64,000 nt of DNA. Source: Candidatus Aminicenantes bacterium. GTDB taxonomy: Bacteria > Acidobacteriota > Aminicenantia > Aminicenantales > JAFGBC01. The notes under the pieces were generated by a model. The model did not search any database. It was not told where the DNA came from and saw only the letters and a list, made by a program, of their open reading frames with translations. Made by a program: the position numbers and the translations under genes. Position 1 is the first letter of the stretch. Each line of letters begins with the position of its first letter. The DNA is taken from the NCBI GenBank assembly GCA_963702005.1, contig OY969696.1, positions 2,080,001 to 2,144,000 of the forward strand, given 5' to 3'. This document shows positions 8,177 through 18,659 of the stretch, in pieces.

Positions 8177-9487
8177 ATGGAGAGCGACTCCCTACAGAAG
8201 GTCATCAGCGAATGGCTCTGCGGCGCCGACCTCCCCGCCCTGACGCCCCGTGAGAACCCCATCCCGGCGCTCAAACCGCCTCGGCCGATCCTCGCGGTTG
8301 TCGGTCCCCGCCGCGCCGGGAAAACATTTTTCCTCTACCAGATGATCGCCGACCTCCTCCGCGCCGGAAAAGCCGGCCGCGAAGATATCCTCTTCGTTGA
8401 TTTCGAGGATTACCGCCTCCGGGATTTTCGCCCCGACGACATGGATAGGCTGCTGGCGGCTCACTTCCAATTGGCGGGCCGTCCGCCCCGATTTCTTTTC
8501 TTTGACGAGGTCCAGCGGCTTCCGTCCTGGAGCCGTATTCTTCGCACCCTCCACAATTCCAACAAATACGCAATCGTGGCCACGGGCAGCAGCTCGGCGC
8601 TCCTAAGCTCGGAGATCGCCACGGAACTCAGGGGGCGCTGCGAAGACGTCCTGATCCTTCCTTTTTCTTTCCGCGAGTATCTCAATCATCGAAATATCGC
8701 CTGGAATCCCGCGCTCCTCGCCTCTCCCGAAAGCGGGCTCATTCTGAGAGCTTTCGACGAGTATCTCCGGTTCGGGGGATTCCCCGAGGCGGCCGGCGTC
8801 GCCGACGAATCGGCCAAGAGGCGCATTCTACAAGCGTATTTCGACACGACATTCTACAAGGATGTCCTGGAGCGCCACCGTATCCGGGCCCGGAATCTCC
8901 TCGACCTGTTGATGAGGAATCTGTTGGAAGGCTATGCCGCCTCTTTTTCCATCTCCGCCTTCGAAAAACAGCTCAAGGCGCACAAGCTCGCCGGCAGCAA
9001 GAGGAGCATCGCGAACTACCTGAGGCACCTCGAGGAAGCTTTTTTCCTGACCGCCTGCGAAAAATTCGACTATTCGCCGCGGAAGCGGACAATGAACCCC
9101 AAAAAAATCTATCTCATGGACACCGGATTTTCGCTCCTGGGCGGCGCCTTCACGGAGAATCGCGGCCGCTTGCTGGAAAACGCGGTCGCCGTGGAATTTC
9201 TCCGCCGCAGGCTGAAGCCTCTGTATTTCAAGAATAAAAGCGAATGCGATTTCATTATCCAAACGGGCGCCCGGCCCGATGAGGCTTGGCAGGTCTGCTG
9301 GGAACTTAACTATTCCAACGAAAAACGTGAACTTAAAGGCCTGACCGATGCCCGCCGTGACCTGAAAATCAACAAGGGAGGAATCCTGACCTACAACCAC
9401 GCGGGAACGCGAACCGTGAACGGCGATACAATAAGCTTGATTCCTGTCTGGAAGTGGCTATTAGGCGAGGATATAGAAAAAGCATGA
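8177..9487 (+). CDS. AAA_14/DUF4143 ATPase
   Basis: GPRRAGKT, FFDEVQ, TGSSS, GGFPE, KIYLMDTG, LLEN, ECDF...WQVC. Confidence 0.9.
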   Translation: MESDSLQKVISEWLCGADLPALTPRENPIPALKPPRPILAVVGPRRAGKTFFLYQMIADLLRAGKAGREDILFVDFEDYRLRDFRPDDMDRLLAAHFQLAGRPPRFLFFDEVQRLPSWSRILRTLHNSNKYAIVATGSSSALLSSEIATELRGRCEDVLILPFSFREYLNHRNIAWNPALLASPESGLILRAFDEYLRFGGFPEAAGVADESAKRRILQAYFDTTFYKDVLERHRIRARNLLDLLMRNLLEGYAASFSISAFEKQLKAHKLAGSKRSIANYLRHLEEAFFLTACEKFDYSPRKRTMNPKKIYLMDTGFSLLGGAFTENRGRLLENAVAVEFLRRRLKPLYFKNKSECDFIIQTGARPDEAWQVCWELNYSNEKRELKGLTDARRDLKINKGGILTYNHAGTRTVNGDTISLIPVWKWLLGEDIEKA

Positions 9488-10416
9488 AACTCTGGGTTGG
9501 CGTTACGGACAACGACTGGTTTGACGTCGTTTCACATGCCCAGGGAATCGATGAGGTCAATTTCTGGCAGCCCGGCGGGGGAATCTCGTTTCGAGTCCTT
9601 CAGCCGGGGGAGCCATTTCTTTTCAAACTCCACAGCCCGTTGAACTTTATCGTGGGCGGCAGATTTTTCGCCCACTGGACGCGGCTTCCGATAAGCCTCG
9701 CCTGGGAAGCTTTTGAGATCAAGAACGGCGCCCGTTCGTTCGATGAAATGCGGAAGCTCATTGTCAAGAGGCGAGGAGGCGCAACCGGCCGATACGAGGA
9801 CTTCCAGATCGGCTGTATTCTTCTGACCCAGCCGTTTTTCTTTAATCGAGAGGACTGGATTCGAGTTCCGACAGATTGGCATCCCTCCATCCAACAAGGC
9901 AAACAGTACCAATCTTTCGAAGAACCGGGAAAATCCTTATGGGAGAAAGTCCATATTTTAATTACTGGATTGCCACGTTACTCAAAGCCGGAGCAGCAAA
10001 TCGGGGATCATCCCCGCTACGGAAAAGAAATCTATTTCCGCCCCCGTTTGGGTCAAGGGGCTTTCCGAGTTCTGGTCACGGACGCTTATAAGCGGGCTTG
10101 CGCCATCACCGAAGAACATTCGCTCCCAGCTCTCGAAGCCGCTCACATCAAGCCGTTCAACGAAAGCGGCCCGCACACTGTGAATAATGGCTTGCTTCTA
10201 CGGAGCGACTTCCATCGCCTCTTCGACCGCGGCTACATCACCGTTACACCAGAATACAAAATCGAGATAAGCCGCCGCCTCAAAGAGGAATTCGAAAATG
10301 GCCACTCATATTATCCATTCGACGGGAATCCGTTACATCACTTTCCGCCGAATCCGCAAGATTGGCCCTCAAAAGAGCTCTTAATCTGGCATAATGACAC
10401 TAAGTTTAGGAGCTAG
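9484..10416 (+). CDS. HNH endonuclease, putative restriction nuclease
   Basis: RLGQGAFR...CAIT...LEAAHIKP...NGLLLRSDFHRLFDRG; N-terminus MKLWVGVTDNDWF; ATGA overlap with the upstream ATPase. Confidence 0.88.
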   Translation: MKLWVGVTDNDWFDVVSHAQGIDEVNFWQPGGGISFRVLQPGEPFLFKLHSPLNFIVGGRFFAHWTRLPISLAWEAFEIKNGARSFDEMRKLIVKRRGGATGRYEDFQIGCILLTQPFFFNREDWIRVPTDWHPSIQQGKQYQSFEEPGKSLWEKVHILITGLPRYSKPEQQIGDHPRYGKEIYFRPRLGQGAFRVLVTDAYKRACAITEEHSLPALEAAHIKPFNESGPHTVNNGLLLRSDFHRLFDRGYITVTPEYKIEISRRLKEEFENGHSYYPFDGNPLHHFPPNPQDWPSKELLIWHNDTKFRS

Positions 10417-10573
10417 TATTTGGATAAAATCCAGGTGCTTCTAACTTCAATATGGTCAAATCAAAAAAACTGGCACGAATATCAATTTAAAAAGGCATCT
10501 CCATTTAAAGATAGATTTTACCAGATAATGCTGACAAGTGAGGGGACTTTGTTTCAGGGGAGAAATAATCACA

Positions 10574-13500
10574 ATGGACGTTTTTGATTTTCGTAACCGT
10601 CTAGTCGCTGATTATGCGCGTTATACTCATAGCTTCATCAAAATCGCAGATCAGCGTATACGCGAATTTGTGGATAAGGCTCTTGAGGATGGTACCCTGT
10701 GGCCAGAGCCGCTCCTTCAATTGAACCCAACCTTTCTATCCGGCGGGACCATCGATGAGCTCGTCGCCGAAGGTACTCTTCACCCTGAGTGTGCGAAAAT
10801 CTTCCGTATAGATAAGACCGAAACTGACCATTCAGGCAAACAGTTGTTCCTTCACATGCACCAGACGGAGGCGATCCGGAAGGCAATAGAGGGCAAGTCC
10901 TACGTTCTAACCAGCGGCACCGGATCGGGAAAAAGCCTCGCCTATATTGTCCCAATCGTGGATCACGTTCTACGCCGAAGCTCGGGCAATGGAATTCAGG
11001 CCATCGTTGTTTATCCAATGAATGCTCTGGCAAATAGCCAAGCTGAAGAATTAGGTAAGTTCTTATATAAAGGCTATGGGGAAGGAAAATCGCCCGTACG
11101 ATTCGCGCGTTTTACGGGACAGGAGAAGGGTGATGAGCGCGAGTTCATTCGCAATAACCCGCCCGATATACTGCTCACTAACTACATGATGCTGGAGTTG
11201 CTCCTTACACGCAGCGAAGACCGAGCATTAGTCAAAGCCGCGAATGGGCTCCGTTATCTCGTCTTTGATGAATTGCACACTTATCGGGGTCGCCAAGGCG
11301 CTGACGTTGCCCTCCTGATCCGCCGCTGCCGCCTCGCCTTTGACAACCATGACATAATCTGCGTCGGAACTTCGGCAACTATGTCGAGCAGCGGCACATC
11401 GTTAGATCAGAAGCGCGAAGTCGCAGAAGTAGCTCAAACGCTGTTTGGCACAGCCTTTGATTCAGCTCAAGTTATTGGAGAAACTCTTGAACGAGCAACA
11501 CCAGAACTCAATTTTTCCGATCCTAAAATCCTGAGATTGCTTTCAGATGTAATAGTGGCTGATGAGACCGCCCCCACGGAATATGATGCTTTTCGTCTTC
11601 ACCCCCTATCCTCTTGGATCGAGTCCGCCTTTGGAGTTCAGGCCGAACTCGAAACGAACCAACTCATACGCCAAGCACCTCGGAAAATTCGCGGGGAGGA
11701 TAGCGCCGTATCAGATCTCGCCGCGCTGACCTCGACCGATCTCGAACGCTGCTTTCGCGTACTTCGTAGGTTTCTATTGCGCGGGGCCGAGCTTCGTCGG
11801 AGTACCTCAAGCCGCTTCCCAATATTTGCATTCCGCCTGCACCAATTCTTTACCCGGGGCGACACGGTTTGGTCCACGATTGAACCGGAAACTATGCGAC
11901 ACCTGGAGATGGCAAAGCTCGGATCCAAACCCGGCGATCCGAGTAAGCCGCTTTTTCCGCTTGTATTTTGCCGGCAATGTGGGACAGCCTATTATCGTGT
12001 TTCTGTTTGCAACGACGAGCGCGGATCAATTCTTTCGCCCCGGGAAGACCGGCGTGAGGAAGGGGAAGATCGGCATACTGATGCCTATCTATATATCTCC
12101 GAATCATCTCCATGGCCGAGAAGCGAGGGAGAAGAGCTGTTGCATCGGCTGCCCAGCTTCATGAAGGAAGTAGCGCCAGAGGGCATCGAAAGGGTTCGTC
12201 CAGATGCCCGTAAAGATCTTCCTGAACCGGTATTTGTCAATGCTGCGGGAAAAATCGTTTCAGAGGGAGAAGGAATACCCGCCGTACTAATCCACCGGAA
12301 TTTCTTATTCTGCTTGGAGCCCTCCTGCGGAGTCGCCTTCATAAAAAGACAACGATCCGAGCGCGGCAAGCTAAACACCCTAGGCGTCGATAACCGAAGC
12401 ACGGCCACTACGGTGCTTGCGGTAAGGTCACTGATCGAGCTACAAAGCGATACCACCTTACAACCAGAGGCGCGCAAGCTACTCAGTTTCACCGACAACC
12501 GCCAGGATGCATCGCTGCAAGCGGGACATTTCAATGACTTTGCCCAGGTTGCCCTTCTTCGTTCTGCCCTGTATAAAGCTACACAGTCTAAGGGACAGGA
12601 AGGTCTCTCTCACAGCGAACTATCGCGTAGCGTCTTTGGCGCGCTCTCTTTGAAATTCGAAGACTATGCCGCCGACCCTGAGGTACGCGGCCCTGCAAGA
12701 AATGCAACCGACGATGCACTTCGTCGGGCTATTGACTACTACCTGTATCGCGACTTGCAGCGCGGCTGGCGGGTAACAGCGCCAAATCTCGAAGACTGTG
12801 GATTACTCCAGTTTGATTATATTGGCCTCTCGGGGAAGGATAGCCTCCTGGGTGAATCAGAAGCATGGGAGAAAGGCTTTAATATCCGAGTTGACCGGGC
12901 GACTGATGAGTTCATGGAATCGCCGTCTGTATTACGCTTATGTCCGCCGAATCTACGCGAAGAGATTCTTCGGACGCTATTGGATGTGCTTCGTAGATCG
13001 TTGGCAGTTAAAGTAGATGTATTGGATCCCCAGAAGCAACGTGATCTTGTTGAGCAAACGAATCCACGAATACTCGAAGGGACCATGTGGTATTTGGAGG
13101 ATCCTCGCGAACTCGTGAAATCAGAGGTTGTTTATCCGCGTTCACGCCGACAAAGAGATACGTCTGGATTGTTCATGTCTTCATACGGGATCTTTGGCGG
13201 CTATCTGCGTCGTGTTTTACTCCCTTATCTACCTAAAGGCGTCGCTTTTGGGCGGGATGAGGTGGATGGTGTTATTCGGTTTCTTCTACTGGCTCTTAAA
13301 CGCTATGGAATCGTGGAGCAAGTTCGGAGTGGAGACATTCCGGGTTATCAGATAAACCATGATTCCTTACGCTGGATAGCAGGCGCTGGCGAGATTAGAC
13401 CTTTTGACCGGACGCGTTTGCTCGATGCGGGCGAAATCCCACCCGAGGTGAATGCTTATTTCGTCGAGTGCTATCGCCGCTTCATTGACTTAAAATGCGT

Positions 13501-15826
13501 CCTGGAAGCCCGGGAACACACAGCTCAGGTCGCTTCAGAAGACCGAGAAGAGCGCGAGGAAAGATTTCGTACGGCCGAACTTCCGCTCTTGTTTTGTTCG
13601 CCGACTATGGAGCTTGGCGTCGATATCGCCCAGCTCAATTTGGTTAATCTCCGCAATGTTCCGCCTACTCCCGCCAACTATGCCCAGCGCAGCGGACGCG
13701 CCGGAAGGGGCGGGCAGCCCGCGCTCGTTTACACTTACTGTGCGGGCCGAAGTCCTCACGATCAATATTACTTCCGTCAACCGAGCCATATGGTGGCCGG
13801 CTCGGTTATTCCGCCGCGGATCGATTTGCGCAATCGAGACCTCATCCGATCCCATATTAACTCTATCTGGATGGAAACGGCTAAACCGAATCTTGGAAAA
13901 TCGCTGACTTCGGTGTTGGATATTAACCGTGAGGATGGGAAAATACATTTACCGATCAAAAATATACTTAAAAAAGAGTTATCGAATCCTTTCCATCGAG
14001 CGGCAGCGCTTGCGAAGGCCAACCTCTTGATTGACAGCATAAGGAATATCTTGTCCAGTTCAACTTGGTTCCATGAGAATTGGACTAAAGAGGTGCTGGA
14101 TCAGATTGAATTGAGCTTCGATACCGCCTGTAACCGCTGGCGCGAACTTTATCGCGCTGCCGTCCGTCAGCGGGAGATTCATCACAAGATCATTGGAGAC
14201 CACGCCAGAACCGAAGCGGAGCGTAGCCATTCCCGGCGTCTTCGAGCCCAGGCCGAAAGCCAAATACGTCTTCTCACCGAAGCCGAGGGAATCTACGAGG
14301 GGGACTTTTACTCCTATCGGTATTTTGCTTCAGAGGGTTTTTTGCCCGGCTATAATTTCCCTCGGTTGCCTATATCTGCGTTTGTGCCGGCGAGAAGGCT
14401 AAGGAAAACACGCGATGAGTTCGTTTCTCGCCCTCGGTTCCTCGCCATTTCAGAGTTCGGGCCGCGAGCTTTGATCTACCATGAAGGGGCCCGCTACCGG
14501 GTTTACAAGGTGAACCTCGACTTCGGGTCGGAAGACATCGAGTCTACGCATTCCCTTGTAACCGCAACCATGAAGCGCTGCCCGATGTGCGGTTATGCTC
14601 ATATTGAACAAGGAGCCAACCTCACCGAAGTTTGTGACCGTTGCGGCGCTGCACTCAGCCCCGCCTCTGTCATCCCCGATCTCATACACCTCCAAAATGT
14701 AAGCCTCAAGCTTGCCCAGCGGATTACGTGCGATGAGGAAGAGCGCCAAAGATACGGCTATAAGCTTGTTTCCTCATATCGATTTCCCGAAATAGGTGGA
14801 AAGCTCGACCGAAAAGACGCCGATGTCCTTTTCGAGAAGCAGACTGTTTTGAAATTGAGCTATGGCGACTCCGCTTCTCTCTTCCGGATCAATCTGGGGT
14901 GGGCTAATCAACGTAGCAATCAGCCGCCCGGATTCCTCCTCGACCTCGAACGGGGATATTGGGCGCGCAATCCTCGGGATGAGGACGATCCTGAAGATGC
15001 GGCCGCTGGCCGCCAGGTGCGTGTCGTGCCTTACGTCAATGACACTAAAAACGCCCTAGTCATTCGTACCGAGCCGGCTAGATCTGCCTCTGAAATAGCC
15101 GGCCTGCAGGCGGCGTTCAAAGAGGCGATTCAACAGTACTTCCAGCTTGAGCCTCGGGAATTGTCTTGCGAGGCTATGCCTTCTCCACAGGACAGGAGGG
15201 AGATCCTTTTCTACGAAGCCTCAGAGGGCGGTGCCGGGGTGCTTCGCCAACTTGTCGAGGATCCCAAAGTTGTTCCCGCTCTTGCCCGACGCGCCCTGGA
15301 GATCTGCCACTTCGATCCCGATAGCCTTGAGGACAAGGGCACTGCGACCTGCGGGAAAGCGTGCTATGCTTGCCTGCTCGATTACGGCAATCAGCCAGAC
15401 CACCAGATGCTCGATCGTTTTCTCATAAGAGACTTCCTTGCCGAGCTCGCGCGCTCCGAATGCAAGCCCGCCGGAGGGGCCGGCTCTCGCTCGGAACGTA
15501 TGTCCGAGCTAAGGAAGCGCTGTGACAGCAAGCTCGAACAGAGATGGCTTGACTTAGTGGACGCGCTAATCCTGCGCCCTCCCAGCGAAGCACAATATAT
15601 TATCAAGTCATGCTCCACGAAGCCCGATTTTTTCTACCGCGAGCTCAACGCCGCCATCTACATCGACGGCCCTCCTCACGATGAACCAGATCAGATCCGT
15701 CTTGACGAAGAGATTACCCGCCGATTGATGGAGACAGGTTATATCGTCATTCGGTTCCATCACAAGGCTGACTGGAAAGAGATCTTCCTTCGACATCCCG
15801 ATGTATTCGGAAAGCCGCAATTATGA
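10574..15826 (+). CDS. YprA/MrfA-like DEAH helicase with DUF1998 Zn domain and C-terminal Vsr/DUF559-like nuclease
   Basis: LHMHQ, SGTGSGKS, YPMNALANSQ, DELHTY, TSAT, FTDNRQDA, SPTMELGVDI, QRSGRAGR, CxxC pairs, EASEGGAG...CGKACYACL, KPDF...IYIDGPPH...GYIVIRF. Confidence 0.9.
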   Translation: MDVFDFRNRLVADYARYTHSFIKIADQRIREFVDKALEDGTLWPEPLLQLNPTFLSGGTIDELVAEGTLHPECAKIFRIDKTETDHSGKQLFLHMHQTEAIRKAIEGKSYVLTSGTGSGKSLAYIVPIVDHVLRRSSGNGIQAIVVYPMNALANSQAEELGKFLYKGYGEGKSPVRFARFTGQEKGDEREFIRNNPPDILLTNYMMLELLLTRSEDRALVKAANGLRYLVFDELHTYRGRQGADVALLIRRCRLAFDNHDIICVGTSATMSSSGTSLDQKREVAEVAQTLFGTAFDSAQVIGETLERATPELNFSDPKILRLLSDVIVADETAPTEYDAFRLHPLSSWIESAFGVQAELETNQLIRQAPRKIRGEDSAVSDLAALTSTDLERCFRVLRRFLLRGAELRRSTSSRFPIFAFRLHQFFTRGDTVWSTIEPETMRHLEMAKLGSKPGDPSKPLFPLVFCRQCGTAYYRVSVCNDERGSILSPREDRREEGEDRHTDAYLYISESSPWPRSEGEELLHRLPSFMKEVAPEGIERVRPDARKDLPEPVFVNAAGKIVSEGEGIPAVLIHRNFLFCLEPSCGVAFIKRQRSERGKLNTLGVDNRSTATTVLAVRSLIELQSDTTLQPEARKLLSFTDNRQDASLQAGHFNDFAQVALLRSALYKATQSKGQEGLSHSELSRSVFGALSLKFEDYAADPEVRGPARNATDDALRRAIDYYLYRDLQRGWRVTAPNLEDCGLLQFDYIGLSGKDSLLGESEAWEKGFNIRVDRATDEFMESPSVLRLCPPNLREEILRTLLDVLRRSLAVKVDVLDPQKQRDLVEQTNPRILEGTMWYLEDPRELVKSEVVYPRSRRQRDTSGLFMSSYGIFGGYLRRVLLPYLPKGVAFGRDEVDGVIRFLLLALKRYGIVEQVRSGDIPGYQINHDSLRWIAGAGEIRPFDRTRLLDAGEIPPEVNAYFVECYRRFIDLKCVLEAREHTAQVASEDREEREERFRTAELPLLFCSPTMELGVDIAQLNLVNLRNVPPTPANYAQRSGRAGRGGQPALVYTYCAGRSPHDQYYFRQPSHMVAGSVIPPRIDLRNRDLIRSHINSIWMETAKPNLGKSLTSVLDINREDGKIHLPIKNILKKELSNPFHRAAALAKANLLIDSIRNILSSSTWFHENWTKEVLDQIELSFDTACNRWRELYRAAVRQREIHHKIIGDHARTEAERSHSRRLRAQAESQIRLLTEAEGIYEGDFYSYRYFASEGFLPGYNFPRLPISAFVPARRLRKTRDEFVSRPRFLAISEFGPRALIYHEGARYRVYKVNLDFGSEDIESTHSLVTATMKRCPMCGYAHIEQGANLTEVCDRCGAALSPASVIPDLIHLQNVSLKLAQRITCDEEERQRYGYKLVSSYRFPEIGGKLDRKDADVLFEKQTVLKLSYGDSASLFRINLGWANQRSNQPPGFLLDLERGYWARNPRDEDDPEDAAAGRQVRVVPYVNDTKNALVIRTEPARSASEIAGLQAAFKEAIQQYFQLEPRELSCEAMPSPQDRREILFYEASEGGAGVLRQLVEDPKVVPALARRALEICHFDPDSLEDKGTATCGKACYACLLDYGNQPDHQMLDRFLIRDFLAELARSECKPAGGAGSRSERMSELRKRCDSKLEQRWLDLVDALILRPPSEAQYIIKSCSTKPDFFYRELNAAIYIDGPPHDEPDQIRLDEEITRRLMETGYIVIRFHHKADWKEIFLRHPDVFGKPQL

Positions 15827-18654
15827 TTGCAGTCAATTTATCCAAACCCGGAACAATGGTCCGATCCCGTGGCCGCGAATGGGTCGTGCTCCCCGAGTCC
15901 AGCGACGATCTTCTAATTGTCCGTCCGGTCGGCGGGCTCGATGAGGAAACCGTCGGAATTCTTCCTAGTGTCGAGCCCGTTGAATCTGCCACATTCCCGA
16001 TGCCATCTCGTGAGGATATCGGCGACTTCAGCTCCGGCCGGCTCCTTCGGGAAGCCGCCCGAATCTCCACCCGCGCCGCCGCGGGTCCGTTCCGCAGCTT
16101 CGCCCGCATCGCTGTTGAACCGAGGCCTTATCAGCTCGTTCCGCTTATGATGGCCTTACGCTTGGATCCGGTTCGGCTACTAATCGCCGATGACGTCGGT
16201 ATCGGAAAAACGGTCGAGGCAGCCCTCATCGCCAGGGAGCTCCTTGATCGCAACGAGATACAAAGGATGACGGTGCTCTGTCCGCCTCATCTCGCCGAGC
16301 AATGGCAGAAAGAGCTTGCCGAGAAGTTTCATATCGACGCGGAATTAGTCCTCAGCAGTACTATCCAACGCTTGGAAAGAGATCTCCCCATCGGAGTTTC
16401 CGTTTTTGACCGGTATCGTTTTACTATCGTTTCGACGGATTTCATCAAGAGCGATCGGCGCGCCGCTGATTTCGAGATGAAATGCCCCGAGTTCGTGATT
16501 GTGGACGAAGCTCACGGTTGTACCCTCGCTGGCGGAATCGGCCGAGGCCGACAGCAGAGGTTTGACCTTGTCAGAAAGATTGCCGCCCGTACGAATCGTC
16601 ACATTCTTCTTGTTACGGCCACCCCGCATAGCGGTAACGAGCAGGCCTTCCGCTCCCTGCTGGGACTGCTCGATGAAGAGTTTTTCAATCTCCCCGCGGA
16701 GATAATCCGTGAAGAGAGGGAAATTGTCCGCCGCAAGCTCGCCCAGCGCCTTGTCCAGAGGAGGCGCGCTGACATACGCCATTATCTGGAGACGGATACA
16801 GCCTTCCCAACGCGATTGGATAAGGAAGAGACCTACCTCTTTAGCAAAGAATACCGCGCTCTTTTCGACGACATAGTCGAATTTGCCCGAGAATTCGTCT
16901 CCGATAAGAATGGCGACAATAGGCACCGGCGGGTGCGTTACTGGTCCGCGCTCGCGCTTCTCCGCTGTGTCTCTTCGAGCCCCGCTGCGGCTGTCGCCAC
17001 TCTTCAAAGTCGAGCCGCCGTTGATGAAGCTGCAGATCCGGAGGTAGACGAAATCGGCCGAAGGACCGTCCTCGATCAGGACGACGTGGACGATAACATT
17101 CCTATCGATTTCAGCCCCGGAGCGGAGACCAAGAACGAGGCGGAAAGTATACGCCGGAAGCTCCTTGCTTTCGCCCGTCGCGCGGAAGCTCTTGCCGGCG
17201 CATCCGATACCAAGCTCCTGGGCGCCGCGCGGGAGGTCAAGGCTCTCCTCAAAGAAGGCTTCCAACCAATCGTCTTTTGCCGGTTCGTCGATACGGCCGA
17301 TTACGTTGCCCGCCAGCTCCGGGAAATTCTGCCGGCCAGGGTGCGCGTCGAAGCCGTAACCGGTCTTCTCCCGCCCGCCGAGCGCGAAGCGCGCATCGAA
17401 ACCCTAGTAAAGGACCGCGGTGAATATGTTTTAGTCTGCACTGACTGCCTCTCCGAAGGCGTAAACCTTCAGCAGGATTTCAATGCAGTCTTCCACTACG
17501 ATCTCTGTTGGAATCCTACTCGCCACGAGCAGCGTGAAGGTCGAGTGGACCGTTTCGGCCAGGATAAGAAAGAAGTTCGTGTCATCACATACTATGGCAA
17601 GGATAATCCCATCGACGGCGTCATCCTGGACGTGCTTATTCGTAAGCACAAGAGTATCAAGAGCGATCTGGGAGTGACCGTTGCAGTGCCTGGGTCGAGC
17701 GAGGAGATAGCCGAAACTCTCTTCGAGGGAGCGCTCTTCCGGGAGATGACTGCGGGCCCCAAGCAGCAACTCTCGTTTGATTTTGACGACAACGACAAAC
17801 AGCGAATTAAAAACTTCCATGTTGAGTGGGAGAATGCACGCGAAAAGGAGAAGGCTAGCCGATCGCGCTTCGCCCAACATGCACTTGACAAGGATACCGT
17901 CGCGGCTGAGCTGAAGAATGTCCGTGCGGCCATCGGCAGCAACGAAGATGTGGCCTGCTTCGTCCGATCAGTTCTTCAGGCGGCAAGAGTGCCTATTCGA
18001 GAAAGCGGTCCTTCGTTATTCGTCAGTCTTAGCCTCGAAACTCCCCGCGCCTTGCGGCAAGCTCTGGGACGCGACGATCCGTTCTCAGGACGTTTCGATC
18101 TTCCCCTTCCGGAAGGCGAAATTTACCTCGGCCGCACAAGCCCGATCGTCGAAGGCTTAGCTGGCTGGACGCTCGATCAGGCTCTCGATCCCGCAGCCCG
18201 CGATGCGCGTCCCGTTGCTTCCCGCTGCGGTATAGTAATGACTTCTTCCGTAAAATCCCGCACCACGTTGGTTATTGCCAGATTCCGCTTTCATCTTCGG
18301 ATCGCCGGCTCGGCGAGCGAGGCGATTCTCTGCGAGGAGATCTTACCGTTGGCTTGTAACGGGCCGGCTTCTAACCCGGTATGGCTGGGCACGGAGGAGA
18401 GTGAACGGCTTCTAAGCGCCAAACCCGAGAAGAATCTTATTCCGACAGCTATTGATCAACAAATCGAACTCTTGCTTGATTCACTTAGCCAAATCCAACA
18501 GACCCTTGGCGCTGTGAGTAAGGAACGTGCAACGATACAACTCCAAGCTCATGAAAGAGTCCGAGAGGCGACGAGAGCGAAAGGGCGCGTAACGATTGAA
18601 CCCGTGCTTCCGGTTGATATTCTCGGCGCCTATGTCCTTTTGCCCAAGATTTGA
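15823..18654 (+). CDS. SNF2-family helicase (DrmD-like)
   Basis: PRPYQ, LLIADDVGIGKT, VDEAH, TATPHSG, TDCLSEGVNLQ, WNPTRHEQREGRVDRFGQ; ATGA overlap with the upstream gene. Confidence 0.9.
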   Translation: MIAVNLSKPGTMVRSRGREWVVLPESSDDLLIVRPVGGLDEETVGILPSVEPVESATFPMPSREDIGDFSSGRLLREAARISTRAAAGPFRSFARIAVEPRPYQLVPLMMALRLDPVRLLIADDVGIGKTVEAALIARELLDRNEIQRMTVLCPPHLAEQWQKELAEKFHIDAELVLSSTIQRLERDLPIGVSVFDRYRFTIVSTDFIKSDRRAADFEMKCPEFVIVDEAHGCTLAGGIGRGRQQRFDLVRKIAARTNRHILLVTATPHSGNEQAFRSLLGLLDEEFFNLPAEIIREEREIVRRKLAQRLVQRRRADIRHYLETDTAFPTRLDKEETYLFSKEYRALFDDIVEFAREFVSDKNGDNRHRRVRYWSALALLRCVSSSPAAAVATLQSRAAVDEAADPEVDEIGRRTVLDQDDVDDNIPIDFSPGAETKNEAESIRRKLLAFARRAEALAGASDTKLLGAAREVKALLKEGFQPIVFCRFVDTADYVARQLREILPARVRVEAVTGLLPPAEREARIETLVKDRGEYVLVCTDCLSEGVNLQQDFNAVFHYDLCWNPTRHEQREGRVDRFGQDKKEVRVITYYGKDNPIDGVILDVLIRKHKSIKSDLGVTVAVPGSSEEIAETLFEGALFREMTAGPKQQLSFDFDDNDKQRIKNFHVEWENAREKEKASRSRFAQHALDKDTVAAELKNVRAAIGSNEDVACFVRSVLQAARVPIRESGPSLFVSLSLETPRALRQALGRDDPFSGRFDLPLPEGEIYLGRTSPIVEGLAGWTLDQALDPAARDARPVASRCGIVMTSSVKSRTTLVIARFRFHLRIAGSASEAILCEEILPLACNGPASNPVWLGTEESERLLSAKPEKNLIPTAIDQQIELLLDSLSQIQQTLGAVSKERATIQLQAHERVREATRAKGRVTIEPVLPVDILGAYVLLPKI

Positions 18655-18659
18655 TCGCT

